Assembly (NCBI GenBank): GCA_024256165.1
Contig: JAKLZG010000091.1
Span: 8,045-72,044 of the forward strand
Direction of reading: 5' to 3'
DNA length: 64,000 nucleotides
DNA from: Candidatus Methylarchaceae archaeon HK02M2
GTDB taxonomy: Archaea > Thermoproteota > Nitrososphaeria > Nitrososphaerales > JACAEJ01
Shown here piece after piece: positions 27,584 through 37,505 of the stretch; position 1 is the stretch's first letter, and each line of letters starts with the position of its first letter. Made by a program: the position numbers and the translations under genes. Below the pieces are notes generated by a model. The model saw nothing but the letters and a program-made list of their open reading frames with translations, had not been told where the DNA came from and did not search any database.

Positions 27584-27899
27584 CTACTCTATGAGTATCA
27601 GGTTCAGCTTTATCTTGAGAAGGCTGTTTAGTTTCAATGTTAGATTGACAAGTTTTGGCTTCACCTTTATCAACTTCTTTGCTCTTTGGTTTTAAAAGAA
27701 CCGCAATAACAATTAAAATACCAAGAAAGATGATGATTGTAAAAGTGTAACGAGTTAACGAATCTACTTTGTTAAAGTAAAATGGATTATCGTAAATTGT
27801 AAAAATTAGGGATATTATTCCAAAACCAATTAGAAACATACCAAATACGAACGTTCTCCAAAGATTTGATGATTTTTCCTTTATTCGTGAAATACACAT
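27564..27899 (-). CDS. Hypothetical two-TM membrane protein
   Basis: Two hydrophobic segments; no family recognised. Confidence 0.45.
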   Translation of the reverse strand: MCISRIKEKSSNLWRTFVFGMFLIGFGIISLIFTIYDNPFYFNKVDSLTRYTFTIIIFLGILIVIAVLLKPKSKEVDKGEAKTCQSNIETKQPSQDKAEPDTHRVVTLYFS

Positions 27900-28120
27900 T
27901 ATTTCATTTCTTAGTTGGTTACATTTTTAAAACTATGGTGTTATGTTTTTGTAATTTTCGCAGTCCGTATCGAGGTTGATTGAGGATTTGCTTTTACAAG
28001 TTTATTTTCTCAAAAGTATACACATAGTTAATATACACCATTTTGAGAAAAATGTAGGTATAAGAGAGAAGAATTATTTTTATAAAGATTTAATTTCATT
28101 CCTCTCTATTTTCTTCATAA

Positions 28121-28996
28121 ATGTTAAAGATAGAGTCAGATAGACTGGTTCCCGTTGACTGGGATTATTATACAAAAGAAATTAGCCGTGGGTTCAATCT
28201 AACTCTAAAGTGGATCGTTGCAAGAAATCTTCTCGAACTTACTAGATTGCTTACCAACCCATCAGATTGCCCTACATTCGCAAGATTATGGTATGGGGTT
28301 AAAGCCGAAGATATGGTTGTAAGACAACAAATGTTTGCTATGCAGACCATAGCTTCAACCATTGAACTAACTGAAAACTTCGCTGCGATGTGCTTTGCTT
28401 ACGCTGAAGCAGTTAAGAATGGGGCTAAATTTTTACCTTTACTCTTAAGAGACTTTGGCAACAAGAAGAAAGCAAAACAATATCGAGGCACAAGCATTAA
28501 TTGGTCTTTTGGCACAGCTAATAAACTTTTTAATGAAATGTTGAAGTCTGGAAATGCTTTGAGAAAGTATTTAGCTTGTCAAGACGAATCTTTAGGCGCC
28601 CTTGGATTTAAGAGAAATGTAATCAAAAAGATTGTTGAATTCAGGGAGAAATATGGAATTTGGTATAACAAATTCAAGCATACTAATTCTGTTTGGGCAT
28701 TCAAGGGACTTTTTAACGTTCCTGGAATTTTATCAATTCTTCATCGAATACCTGATCACCTTAAATGGTCAAACAAGAAAGTCACTTTCAAAGACGAACC
28801 TATCTTCGAATCGATCACAAAAGACGAAAGCGCAGTGCTAGGGATTAGAGTATCACACCTTCAAATAGACTCATTTCTTACTGCATATCAGAATCTTGAT
28901 GATGTAGCAGTTATATTGGGTCTCTTAGAAGATTTTTGGCAACCAATAAAGGAAAAACAACATAATGCTCTTTTTAGGACCACCATAAGTGAATAA
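28121..28996 (+). CDS. Hypothetical helical protein, possible HEPN-like YNxxKH motif
   Basis: 291-aa ORF containing WYNKFKH. Confidence 0.6.
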   Translation: MLKIESDRLVPVDWDYYTKEISRGFNLTLKWIVARNLLELTRLLTNPSDCPTFARLWYGVKAEDMVVRQQMFAMQTIASTIELTENFAAMCFAYAEAVKNGAKFLPLLLRDFGNKKKAKQYRGTSINWSFGTANKLFNEMLKSGNALRKYLACQDESLGALGFKRNVIKKIVEFREKYGIWYNKFKHTNSVWAFKGLFNVPGILSILHRIPDHLKWSNKKVTFKDEPIFESITKDESAVLGIRVSHLQIDSFLTAYQNLDDVAVILGLLEDFWQPIKEKQHNALFRTTISE

Positions 28997-28997
28997 T

Positions 28998-29102
28998 ATG
29001 GTAATTGAAGTGTCAGAACTAAAGAACTTGGTCCATAATGCCATTAGGAAAACGATCAACAAGTTCAGGGAATATCCTTATCTCTTCAGGTCTTTCCGTT
29101 AA
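28998..29102 (+). pseudogene. Truncated ORF abutting the tRNA-Phe 3' end
   Basis: MVIEVSELKNLVHNAIRKTINKFREYPYLFRSFR; starts 1 nt after the previous stop and ends 33 nt from the tRNA. Confidence 0.35.
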
Positions 29103-29134
29103 CGCTTTATGTGCCGAAGGCACTCAAAGGGTTA

Positions 29135-29223
29135 TGCCGAGGGTGGGATTTGAACCCACGACACTCCGGTCTTCAGCCGGATGCTCTCCTTCGCCTTTTT
29201 AAATCAGGCTGAGCTACCTCGGC
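29135..29223 (-). tRNA. tRNA-Phe(GAA) with a D-loop intron (about 29190-29204)
   Basis: GCCGAGG/CCTCGGC-A acceptor; TCCGG-CT-GAA-GA-CCGGA; D-loop AGCCTG[ATTTAAAAAGGCGAA]GGA. Confidence 0.93.
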
Positions 29224-29309
29224 ACGGTTCTGGGGAGCTAGATTTACTTATTAAATTTATATTTTAAAGAACTAATATAAAATTCTTGTAAGTTTTTTAT
29301 TATATCAAT

Positions 29310-29735
29310 TTGATAAGAAGGTGTAGAAAGCAGGACTTAACTCAAGTATTAAATATTGAGAGAATTTCATTTAAATATCCATATAATCGCTGTACTTTTC
29401 TCTATTTCTTGATGAGAGAACCTGAAGGGTTTTCTGTATATGAAGAGAAAGGTCGCGTTGTAGGGTACATAATTACTTCTGTAATAGGTGATAAAGGCAC
29501 CATAATATCGATAGCTGTAATACCGGAACTCAGGAGAAGGGGTATCGGTAGTAATCTACTTAGAGAGAGCTTTAATTTCCTTTCTAAAAAGGTCAGAAAG
29601 GTAGATCTCCAGGTAAGGTCGAATAATCAAGGAGCTATCAATTTCTATAAGAAATTCGGTTTTAGAGAGGTCGGTCTAATTTGTAACTATTATCCAGATG
29701 GTATGGACGCGTTGGTTATGTCCAAAAATAATTAA
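29310..29735 (+). CDS. rimI: RimI/Ard1-type GNAT N-acetyltransferase
   Basis: IE..SF, IAV.P..RR.GIG, L.VR..N..AI.FY...GF, YY.DG.DA..M. Confidence 0.9.
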   Translation: MIRRCRKQDLTQVLNIERISFKYPYNRCTFLYFLMREPEGFSVYEEKGRVVGYIITSVIGDKGTIISIAVIPELRRRGIGSNLLRESFNFLSKKVRKVDLQVRSNNQGAINFYKKFGFREVGLICNYYPDGMDALVMSKNN

Positions 29736-30247
29736 AGGTATGTGGTAAGTAAGTAAGGATACTTTTTGTATAAGAGCTTTTCTAGACTCGTTCTAAGCTG
29801 AAGATCGACATCATCTTGATTAGATAAAAGGTTTAATGGCTTGTTGGGGTAAAGTATGGGTCCTTGAAGTGCTAGTTTACCAGTTATCTTATTGAAGGGT
29901 ACTGGTTTCGTACCAATTATCTTGCTTATCAGGCTCTCCAAGTTCCTATTATCACTGAACGCTTTTATCGTCTTAGCCTCAAGCTTTTTAGGGACTGGTC
30001 TAAAACCAAACTGATATGGCTTAAAACTATTTAGTACATCTTTATCATCAACTATATCAGAGATACCAAAACCTACCAATTCATATGGTTTAACCCGCTC
30101 CTCTTTTATGAACCAAACATCCTTTCCTTGTAAAACTATAGTGTCATAATATCCTCTTTGATCTCTCCTGACGAGGACATGCCATCCTCTCGGCTTCTTG
30201 TTATACCGTCTGAAGATCTCCTTTTTTATGTCGCTTGATGGTAGCAT
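29732..30247 (-). CDS. Hypothetical protein
   Basis: 171-aa ORF co-oriented downstream of htpX, SD GGAG. Confidence 0.7.
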   Translation of the reverse strand: MLPSSDIKKEIFRRYNKKPRGWHVLVRRDQRGYYDTIVLQGKDVWFIKEERVKPYELVGFGISDIVDDKDVLNSFKPYQFGFRPVPKKLEAKTIKAFSDNRNLESLISKIIGTKPVPFNKITGKLALQGPILYPNKPLNLLSNQDDVDLQLRTSLEKLLYKKYPYLLTTYL

Positions 30248-30304
30248 TAAATAAACTCCATTTAAGTTGTTTTTATCTTTTTAAGAAATTTTTTAATATA
30301 TTAT

Positions 30305-31276
30305 TCAGCTCAATTTCTGTAAGGCTTTAAGGCGCTCCACTATATTGGGGTGAGTTGAAAATAACTCTAGAATCTTATCCGTTGTGCTAAGCTTTCTCGA
30401 AATTATACCCTCAACAAGTTGTTGATCTGCCGAATAACCTGAAATCTTTGCTATATCTTGATAATCCTTCTCAGCCCTTTCTGGGTCTGCTATGAATAAG
30501 GATCGAAAGCTACTAGAAGAGCCTGCTTTTTGACGTGAACGACGCTTTATATTTGCGCTATAGTTAACGATCTTTGCCAGTGCCTCGGATAACTTACGAG
30601 CACCATCATCTACCACTGAGACACTATGCCTATCAGCGTAATACTCTCTTAATCTACTTAATCCTAAAACGAAAAGTGATAATATCCAATAAATTGCCAT
30701 ACAAACGATTCCTATTAATATAGTAGCACCCCCATCCCCATCTCTTCTACCACCACCAAACATACCTGAAAGCATTAGAGAATATCCTATAAAGTAAAAG
30801 ATTGCTGGTAAAACTGAGGCGAACATCATTATCTGAACATCCCTATGTTTAAGGTGACCTAGTTCATGTCCGATAACGGCCTCTACTTCTTCTTCTTCAA
30901 GCGTCTCCAATAAAGTCTCAGTAACTGCTACCTTCTTACCTGTTATAGGCGAACCATAAGCGAAAGCATTTGGGATAGGGATTTTTGCAAGCATTAGCTT
31001 CGGCATTTTTATTTTTGTTTTTTGACTGAGATTCCTGACCATGCTGTAGAGTTTTGGATTTCCACTTTCTGTAACTGGTTTGACTTTGTACATAGCATCA
31101 ATGATATAAGGTGCAATAAGCCATTGAATAAGATTGAAAGCAACTACTATTACTATCAGCGCAGTAATGTCCAACCCTCCCATAAAGGTCAGTATAATTC
31201 CGAAGAAGAGAGAAGAGAGGGCAATCAGGAAGGCTAGAGTACCTATCATGGATAAACGAAGTTTAAGGAGACTCAT
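30305..31276 (-). CDS. htpX: Zinc metalloprotease HtpX (M48)
   Basis: PNAFAYG, HELGH, SRLREYYAD, FSTHP...RL. Confidence 0.95.
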   Translation of the reverse strand: MSLLKLRLSMIGTLAFLIALSSLFFGIILTFMGGLDITALIVIVVAFNLIQWLIAPYIIDAMYKVKPVTESGNPKLYSMVRNLSQKTKIKMPKLMLAKIPIPNAFAYGSPITGKKVAVTETLLETLEEEEVEAVIGHELGHLKHRDVQIMMFASVLPAIFYFIGYSLMLSGMFGGGRRDGDGGATILIGIVCMAIYWILSLFVLGLSRLREYYADRHSVSVVDDGARKLSEALAKIVNYSANIKRRSRQKAGSSSSFRSLFIADPERAEKDYQDIAKISGYSADQQLVEGIISRKLSTTDKILELFSTHPNIVERLKALQKLS

Positions 31277-31653
31277 TTAATCACCTATTGATAAAAAAGA
31301 CTTGTGTGTTATTATGATTTTTATTATTATCGATACTCAATAAATAGTTTATGGTTCTTCATCGAGAGAGCTTAAATAAATCTGTAAAAAAATGATTTAA
31401 ACAATAAATTTTTAAAGGTTAAATAGAAAGAACTTCATCCAAATAAGAAATAAAATAAGCAGTGCTTCAATATTATGATATACAAAGATAAATCAATTAT
31501 AGTAGGAGGGCTATGTGACCCTCTAAATGTTAGTCAATCTAAGTTTAAAGAGTCAAAAAAGATGGAAGATTATTTTGGAAGTAGAAGTATGACAATGATA
31601 TTTGAAATTTGTTACTTCGAGAGAATATACAATAAGTTGGTGTAACAATAGTA

Positions 31654-33576
31654 TTGGTGAATCTGAAAGAATCTAGTGAAGAAACTAAAAAAGAAATTAT
31701 GAAATTTCTAAAAACAAAATTAGTGGAAAAGGATTATAAAAAACTAGTCAGGATAAATAATACTAAACTATACCGATTCATTTCTAAGTATGTCGTACTT
31801 TGTAATCCTGATAAAGTCTTTGTTTGCACAGATTCACAAGAAGATATCCAATATATCAGAAAAACGGCAGTAAGAAATGGAGAAGAGAAGGAACTTAGCA
31901 TCGATGGACATACTATCCATTTTGATGGCTATTACGATCAGGCCAGAGATAAAAAAAATACCAAATTCCTTCTTCCTAAAAACGTCAATTTAGGCTCTCA
32001 TATAAACTGGATAGATAGGGATGAGGGGCTTAAAGAGATTCATACTATTCTAAAAAATATAATGCAGGGGCATGAGTTGTATGTTAGATTCTTCTGTTTA
32101 GGACCGAAAAATTCTGAATTCTCCATCCTCGCTGTTCAGCTCACCGATTCCAGCTACGTTGCCCATAACGAAGATCTGCTTTACAGGTCAGGATATGAGG
32201 AATTCAAACGATTGGATGATTCTGATGAATTCTTGAAGTTTGTACATTCACAAGGAGAGCTTGAAAATGGAGTAAGTAAAAACATCGACAAACGAAGGAT
32301 ATACATTGATACTCAAGAGGAAATAGTGTATAGCGTGAACACCCAATATGGTGGCAATACTATTGGACTTAAGAAATTGGCAATGCGTATAGCGATAAAT
32401 AGGGCATCAAAAGAAGGTTGGCTGACAGAACACATGTTTATCTTGGGAGTGCATGGCCCAAAAGGCAGGATAACTTATCTCACAGGGGCATTTCCCTCTC
32501 TCTGTGGAAAGACTTCTACTGCTATGATAGAAGGGGAGACAATAGTTGGAGATGATATAGCATATCTCAGAAAAAAGGGTGAAACGATCCATGCAGTCAA
32601 TGTAGAAAAAGGAGTATTTGGAATAATACAAGGTGTTAACTCCATAGACGATCCTGTTTTATGGAAGACACTTCATAAACCAGGTGAGATAATATTTTCA
32701 AATGTACTGGTTACTCAAGAGAAAGATGTCTATTGGATTGGTAAAAATGAAAACATCCCAGAAAGGGGTATCAATCACTCAGGAGAATGGACCTCTGGTA
32801 AGAAAGATGCTGAAGGTAACGAAATAACACCTTCACATAGAAATGCTCGCTTCACAGTTAATTTGAATCTTTTAGAGAATATGGACCAAAGAATTGACGA
32901 CCCTGATGGAGTTGAGGTTAGAGGGATAATTTATGGGGGACGGGATTCGGATACATGGGTTCCAGTAGAGGAGTCCTTCGACTGGGTACATGGTATAATA
33001 ACTAAAGGTGCATCGCTGGAGTCTGAAACTACAGCTGCTACCTTGGGAGAAATAGGCATCAGAAAATTAAATCCCATGTCTAATCTGGATTTTCTATCCA
33101 TATCCTTAGGCAAATATATTGAAAATAACCTGAATTTTGGTATTACCCTAAAAAACCCGCCTCTTATATTCTCTGTGAATTACTTTTTAAAATCCAGAAG
33201 TGGAATTTTCCTGAACGATAAAGCTGATAAGAGGGTCTGGCTTAAATGGATGGAATTACGTTCACATAAGGAAGTTGAAGCAATAAAAACACCTACTGGT
33301 CTGATACCAAAATATCGAGATCTAAAAAGACTATTTAAGGAAACGCTAGATAAAGACTATCCTAAAGAAGACTACATCAAACAATTTACATTAAGAATTC
33401 CAGAAAATTTAGCCAAGATCGACAGGGTCATGGATATTTACAGAACCAATGTCCCCGATGTTCCGAAAATATTATTTGAAGTACTGGAAGAGCAAAAGCA
33501 AAGGCTAAACAAGGCAAGGATACAATATGGGAGTTATATCTCGCCAGAGAAATTCTCTTCAAATAAAGAAGAATAA
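31654..33576 (+). CDS. pckG: GTP-dependent phosphoenolpyruvate carboxykinase
   Basis: DS.YVAH, YGGNTIGLKK, WL.EHM, AFPS.CGKT, VGDDIA, H.NARF, YGGRD, NPM. Confidence 0.95.
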   Translation: MVNLKESSEETKKEIMKFLKTKLVEKDYKKLVRINNTKLYRFISKYVVLCNPDKVFVCTDSQEDIQYIRKTAVRNGEEKELSIDGHTIHFDGYYDQARDKKNTKFLLPKNVNLGSHINWIDRDEGLKEIHTILKNIMQGHELYVRFFCLGPKNSEFSILAVQLTDSSYVAHNEDLLYRSGYEEFKRLDDSDEFLKFVHSQGELENGVSKNIDKRRIYIDTQEEIVYSVNTQYGGNTIGLKKLAMRIAINRASKEGWLTEHMFILGVHGPKGRITYLTGAFPSLCGKTSTAMIEGETIVGDDIAYLRKKGETIHAVNVEKGVFGIIQGVNSIDDPVLWKTLHKPGEIIFSNVLVTQEKDVYWIGKNENIPERGINHSGEWTSGKKDAEGNEITPSHRNARFTVNLNLLENMDQRIDDPDGVEVRGIIYGGRDSDTWVPVEESFDWVHGIITKGASLESETTAATLGEIGIRKLNPMSNLDFLSISLGKYIENNLNFGITLKNPPLIFSVNYFLKSRSGIFLNDKADKRVWLKWMELRSHKEVEAIKTPTGLIPKYRDLKRLFKETLDKDYPKEDYIKQFTLRIPENLAKIDRVMDIYRTNVPDVPKILFEVLEEQKQRLNKARIQYGSYISPEKFSSNKEE

Positions 33577-34201
33577 AAAAATCCTCAAAAAAGGCATACT
33601 CATCGCTATTGAGGGTATCGATGGAGCAGGCAAGACAACTCATGCAGAACTTTTAAAAGACTCATTACTGAAGGATGGATATTCCGTAACTCTTCTCCAT
33701 GAGCCAACGGAAGGGAAATGGGGAAAGAAAATCGCCGAACTTGCTAATGTAGGACTCGATAATATAAGCCCGAAAACCGAGTTTGAGTTGTTCTGTAAGG
33801 ATAGAATAGAGGATGTTGAGAATAATATTAATCCCGCTCTGGAAAGAAATGATATAGTTATAATGGATAGATATTACTTTTCAAATATTGCTTATCAAGG
33901 AGCTAAAGGACTTGATCCTGATTTTATAGAGAAGGAGAATATGTTTGCTCCTAAACCCGACCTTGTCGTTATTCTAGATGTGCAACCAGAAAATGCACTT
34001 TCAAGAATCCAAAAGAGATCTTCCAAACCGAATCTTTTTGAGAGGAAGCAGTACTTAACTAAAGTGAGAGATCTTTTTAAGCAGAGATTCTCAAAAAGAC
34101 CATACGTTCAAATAATCGAGGGTGAGCAACCTATTCATGTAGTCTCAATAAAGATTCGAGAATTTATACAACCTCTATTATCTAAACAAGAAAAGAAATA
34201 A
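33527..34201 (+). CDS. tmk: Thymidylate kinase (true start probably near 33581)
   Basis: IAIEGIDGAGKTT, EPT, DR..., MDRYYFS..AYQG, PD. Confidence 0.94.
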   Translation: MGVISRQRNSLQIKKNKKILKKGILIAIEGIDGAGKTTHAELLKDSLLKDGYSVTLLHEPTEGKWGKKIAELANVGLDNISPKTEFELFCKDRIEDVENNINPALERNDIVIMDRYYFSNIAYQGAKGLDPDFIEKENMFAPKPDLVVILDVQPENALSRIQKRSSKPNLFERKQYLTKVRDLFKQRFSKRPYVQIIEGEQPIHVVSIKIREFIQPLLSKQEKK

Positions 34202-34208
34202 AAATTAT

Positions 34209-34412
34209 TTAATCACCTAACGACTCTAGAATATCTGCAACCTTTTTTTTGCCTAAAATTTCTATCAAGAGATTTCGAGATTCTTCTCCTTTCCATGAAT
34301 CAAGGATGTTTATAACCGAATCCCTTATTCCTGGGCTCAAGTCTTGGAGAGCCTCTTCTATAAGCTTCCTCCTCCCTTTGAGAAGGTCCTTAGGTCTAAA
34401 TACTTCTCCCAT
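34209..34412 (-). CDS. Small hypothetical helical protein
   Basis: 67-aa ORF filling the intergenic space, natural composition. Confidence 0.6.
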   Translation of the reverse strand: MGEVFRPKDLLKGRRKLIEEALQDLSPGIRDSVINILDSWKGEESRNLLIEILGKKKVADILESLGD

Positions 34413-34506
34413 ACTAATTTACAATATAATATTTCCTCACATATTTAATAAATGTCACCAAAAGCGCAACATACTTAAAAAACTCTAAGAGTTATACAAT
34501 TAAACT

Positions 34507-35799
34507 TTGAGATTTATTGCCGAAATAAGAGACCCCGTGCATGGGTATATTCATATAACAGATGTAGAGAAGGAGATAATCGATACGCCTATCTTTCAGA
34601 GGTTGCGAAGAATTCGTCAGCTTGCTGGGGCTAATTTGACTTACCCTAGTGCACAGCATACTCGTTTTGAGCATTCATTAGGTACAATGTACCTCGCTGG
34701 ACTGACAAGTACCTCTCTTATCTCAAAAACCCAGATCACTGATGAAGATGTGCAAGAGCTAAGGTTATCCGCATTACTTCATGATATAGGACATGGTCCT
34801 TTCTCTCATCTATTTGAAGAGGCTCTGACAGAAAAGAGAAATTTAACCCATGAAGACATCACTCAAAGAATAATCAAGGAGACAGAGATCAAGGATTTAA
34901 TCGAGAAATATGGCTTTAATTCAAGAGATATTTCGGAGCTTTCTTTAGGCCTATCTCTTAAGAGAGCCAAATTCATGAATGAAATAGTAGCAGGGGGCTT
35001 GAGCGTGGATATTATGGATTATCTACTCAGAGACTCGTACTTCACCGGTGTTGAGTATGGTAAGGTAGATGTACATCGACTTATAGATTCATTTGAAATA
35101 TTTGATGGCAAGTTAGCTATAGATCAAGCTGCTCTTTATGCATTTGAAGCGTTCAATATAGCTCGGTATGAGATGTTCAAGGCAGTATATTTCCATAGGA
35201 CCGTTCGTGCAACCCAAGCAATGTTGATCCGCTCGATAACCCTTGCCGATGATAAGTTGAAACTAACAGATATTAGCAATCTAAAAAGATTTCTTCAACT
35301 CACAGATGAAGTAACCCTCGAAAGGTTGATCGATTTAGATCCTTGTGGGAATAAAGAGCTTTATCAAGCGAAGCAACTAGCGATAGGTTATAGAGATAGA
35401 AAGTTGATCAAATGTGTATTTGAGAAGATAGTCCATAGAAAGGATCGATTCATAGAAAGGATTCTTAACCAGAAGGGTATAAGAGATAAAATTTCTATAG
35501 AAATTGCAGATGAAGCTGGGGTCAATCCAGACCTGATCTTTTTCGATGTTCCTACAACGCCTTCTGTACCTTACACGTCTTCACGTCAGTCTCTTTCTTC
35601 TATAACTTTGGTACATAAAACTAGTGAAGGGGCATCTTATGAGACTGTTCCTATTGAGGATTTAGCTTTGGTAGGGGCGATTATAGGGTATATGGACATA
35701 ATACGAATATACACACAAGCCGAATATAGATTAAAAGTGGAGAAAGCTGTAGAAGCTTTCTTCGGCAGGGAGGGCTATTCGACTAAGGTATCTATGTAA
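34507..35799 (+). CDS. HD-domain phosphohydrolase (SAMHD1/dNTPase-like)
   Basis: DPVHG, FQRLRRI.QL, HTRFEHSLG, LLHDIGHGPFSH, D.MDYL.RD, VYFH. Confidence 0.92.
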   Translation: MRFIAEIRDPVHGYIHITDVEKEIIDTPIFQRLRRIRQLAGANLTYPSAQHTRFEHSLGTMYLAGLTSTSLISKTQITDEDVQELRLSALLHDIGHGPFSHLFEEALTEKRNLTHEDITQRIIKETEIKDLIEKYGFNSRDISELSLGLSLKRAKFMNEIVAGGLSVDIMDYLLRDSYFTGVEYGKVDVHRLIDSFEIFDGKLAIDQAALYAFEAFNIARYEMFKAVYFHRTVRATQAMLIRSITLADDKLKLTDISNLKRFLQLTDEVTLERLIDLDPCGNKELYQAKQLAIGYRDRKLIKCVFEKIVHRKDRFIERILNQKGIRDKISIEIADEAGVNPDLIFFDVPTTPSVPYTSSRQSLSSITLVHKTSEGASYETVPIEDLALVGAIIGYMDIIRIYTQAEYRLKVEKAVEAFFGREGYSTKVSM

Positions 35800-35803
35800 T
35801 AGA

Positions 35804-36316
35804 TTGGTGAAATTGACGGATTTCATAAAAGTAACAAAGACACGTAAGATGAGGGGATGGAAATGGGAGGATACTTTAGTTAAGCGAATACAGTCCTGTT
35901 ATTCGTATAAAGCATTTAGATTAGGTGGCTCAAGCCAAACACTACCAGATGTACTTGCTATATCTAATAGGTTCAGCAAGATACTGGTGATAGAAGCTAA
36001 GTCTGGCACAACGGACTACCTTGTTGTGAGGAGAGAGCAGATAGAGAGGTCTTTAAGGTTCACTCATACCTTTAAACTATACCCTAAAAGACATTTCATA
36101 TTGGCATTTAAATTTCTAAGAAAGAGAAGGTTGAAAAAAGATAATTACGACAAGAGAGAATTGAGGGAGTATTATAAAGAATTTAAGGTGAAGTTTAAGA
36201 AGGGTAAAAATGTGCCCGATATCACATGCACATACGATGGTTCAACTTATGCTATGTTAAAAGGAGAGAAAGAAAAAATAGATCTACCTGATTACAAGAT
36301 GCCTTTTCAAAAGTGA
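35804..36316 (+). CDS. Hjc-like Holliday junction resolvase (PD-(D/E)XK)
   Basis: RG..WE..LV, R.GGS...PDVLA, VIEAKS, Q. Confidence 0.8.
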   Translation: MVKLTDFIKVTKTRKMRGWKWEDTLVKRIQSCYSYKAFRLGGSSQTLPDVLAISNRFSKILVIEAKSGTTDYLVVRREQIERSLRFTHTFKLYPKRHFILAFKFLRKRRLKKDNYDKRELREYYKEFKVKFKKGKNVPDITCTYDGSTYAMLKGEKEKIDLPDYKMPFQK

Positions 36317-36351
36317 TAGTCTATATTTATATATCTTTAACTAAGTTGCAA

Positions 36352-37038
36352 TCAAGAAGTTGTTATTCCGTTATCAATAACACTTTTTATCCCATTACAA
36401 AACTTAATTATGTATTCTGTGGCAATATCCGCTGCATTGACAAGATCTTCCTTACTTATGCCAGGTACACCGCATACCATCAGCAAAACGTTTTTAGTTT
36501 TTTCAGTTATTTTAGTCTCACCAGCATCTCTATAAGGATAAATTGCCACTAGATTTAATTGATCAGATACTACTATTTCGCCTCCTTGTAATTCTTTTGG
36601 TTCAACCATACCTATACCTAAAAATCTCTCTCCTTTTCTCGCAAACCTCATTCTTAGATTACCTTGGAGTTGGTCTCTATCAAATGCTGCTAAAGCAATC
36701 TCACTCTTGATGGATGCAAGATTGTAAGAGTCTACTGCAGTATTTATATTAGGAACTGATTTACCTCCAAGAATTCTTCTTATTAATGCTTCGGCTGCCG
36801 GTCTTATTTTAGTTGGATCTATGCCAACCTTCCAGAAGAATTTACGGTAAGCCTTAAAAACGGGAACATCCTTCAGACTTTTGATATCATATTTATCTTT
36901 GACTTCTTTAATTATCAACTCTTTAAAATCTTCCAAATCAGAACTTCTTTTTTCAACCTTTACGCCTCTTATATGAATGATTGAGGCTCGCAATTCAGTA
37001 AAAAGGTCTAGTAATTCTTGATCTATCTTTAATTCCAT
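36352..37038 (-). CDS. Stand-alone B3/B4 (PheRS-beta-like editing) domain protein
   Basis: AYR.F....GIDPTK.RP..EAL.RR, IN..VD.YN..S, F.GIG, YPYRD...TKI. Confidence 0.88.
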   Translation of the reverse strand: MELKIDQELLDLFTELRASIIHIRGVKVEKRSSDLEDFKELIIKEVKDKYDIKSLKDVPVFKAYRKFFWKVGIDPTKIRPAAEALIRRILGGKSVPNINTAVDSYNLASIKSEIALAAFDRDQLQGNLRMRFARKGERFLGIGMVEPKELQGGEIVVSDQLNLVAIYPYRDAGETKITEKTKNVLLMVCGVPGISKEDLVNAADIATEYIIKFCNGIKSVIDNGITTS

Positions 37039-37088
37039 AAGAGCTCTAAAAAATAACTTGGATAATAATGTTTGAACTTTTTTCTTAA

Positions 37089-37505
37089 TTAGGAAAGAAT
37101 AACAAAACCATGGCTACCATTTACTATTAAATCGTCTCCTTCTTTAATAAGAGATAACCCATCAACCATATCTACAAGAGGTATTTTAGCTAAGGCGCAA
37201 CCAGAGACAGTAATCATATCAGACCTGCGATTAATAATTGCAGAAGGAGCTTTATCGTTCTTTTTTAATTTGTATATCACGTAAGCTCCAACACTACTCC
37301 CAATACTATGCGGGAATATGAGGACTTTTTTATAAATACTCATACCGTACAGTTCGTTAGATCTATCAATAATCCTTCCATCTCCAGGATTTACACCTCC
37401 TAAAAACGATATTGGAGAGGGTGAGATTAATGCCTCACCCCACCCTATACTGTTAACAAGCCCTCTAGCTCTAAAAACTCCTCTCAAATCATTTACAACC
37501 CTCAA
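37089..37505 (-). CDS. Aconitase X swivel subunit (DUF126); phosphomevalonate dehydratase small subunit (start may be TTG at 37487)
   Basis: GEAL.S..PISFLGGV.P..G.I, GSSVG, AP.AII. Confidence 0.88.
   Translation of the reverse strand: MRVVNDLRGVFRARGLVNSIGWGEALISPSPISFLGGVNPGDGRIIDRSNELYGMSIYKKVLIFPHSIGSSVGAYVIYKLKKNDKAPSAIINRRSDMITVSGCALAKIPLVDMVDGLSLIKEGDDLIVNGSHGFVILS

Noticed and set aside
29111..29123. GTGCCGAAGG resembling the tRNA-Phe 3' end as a possible att site
   Set aside because: Match is too short and only about 20 nt from the tRNA; it is a small GTGCC/GGCAC hairpin
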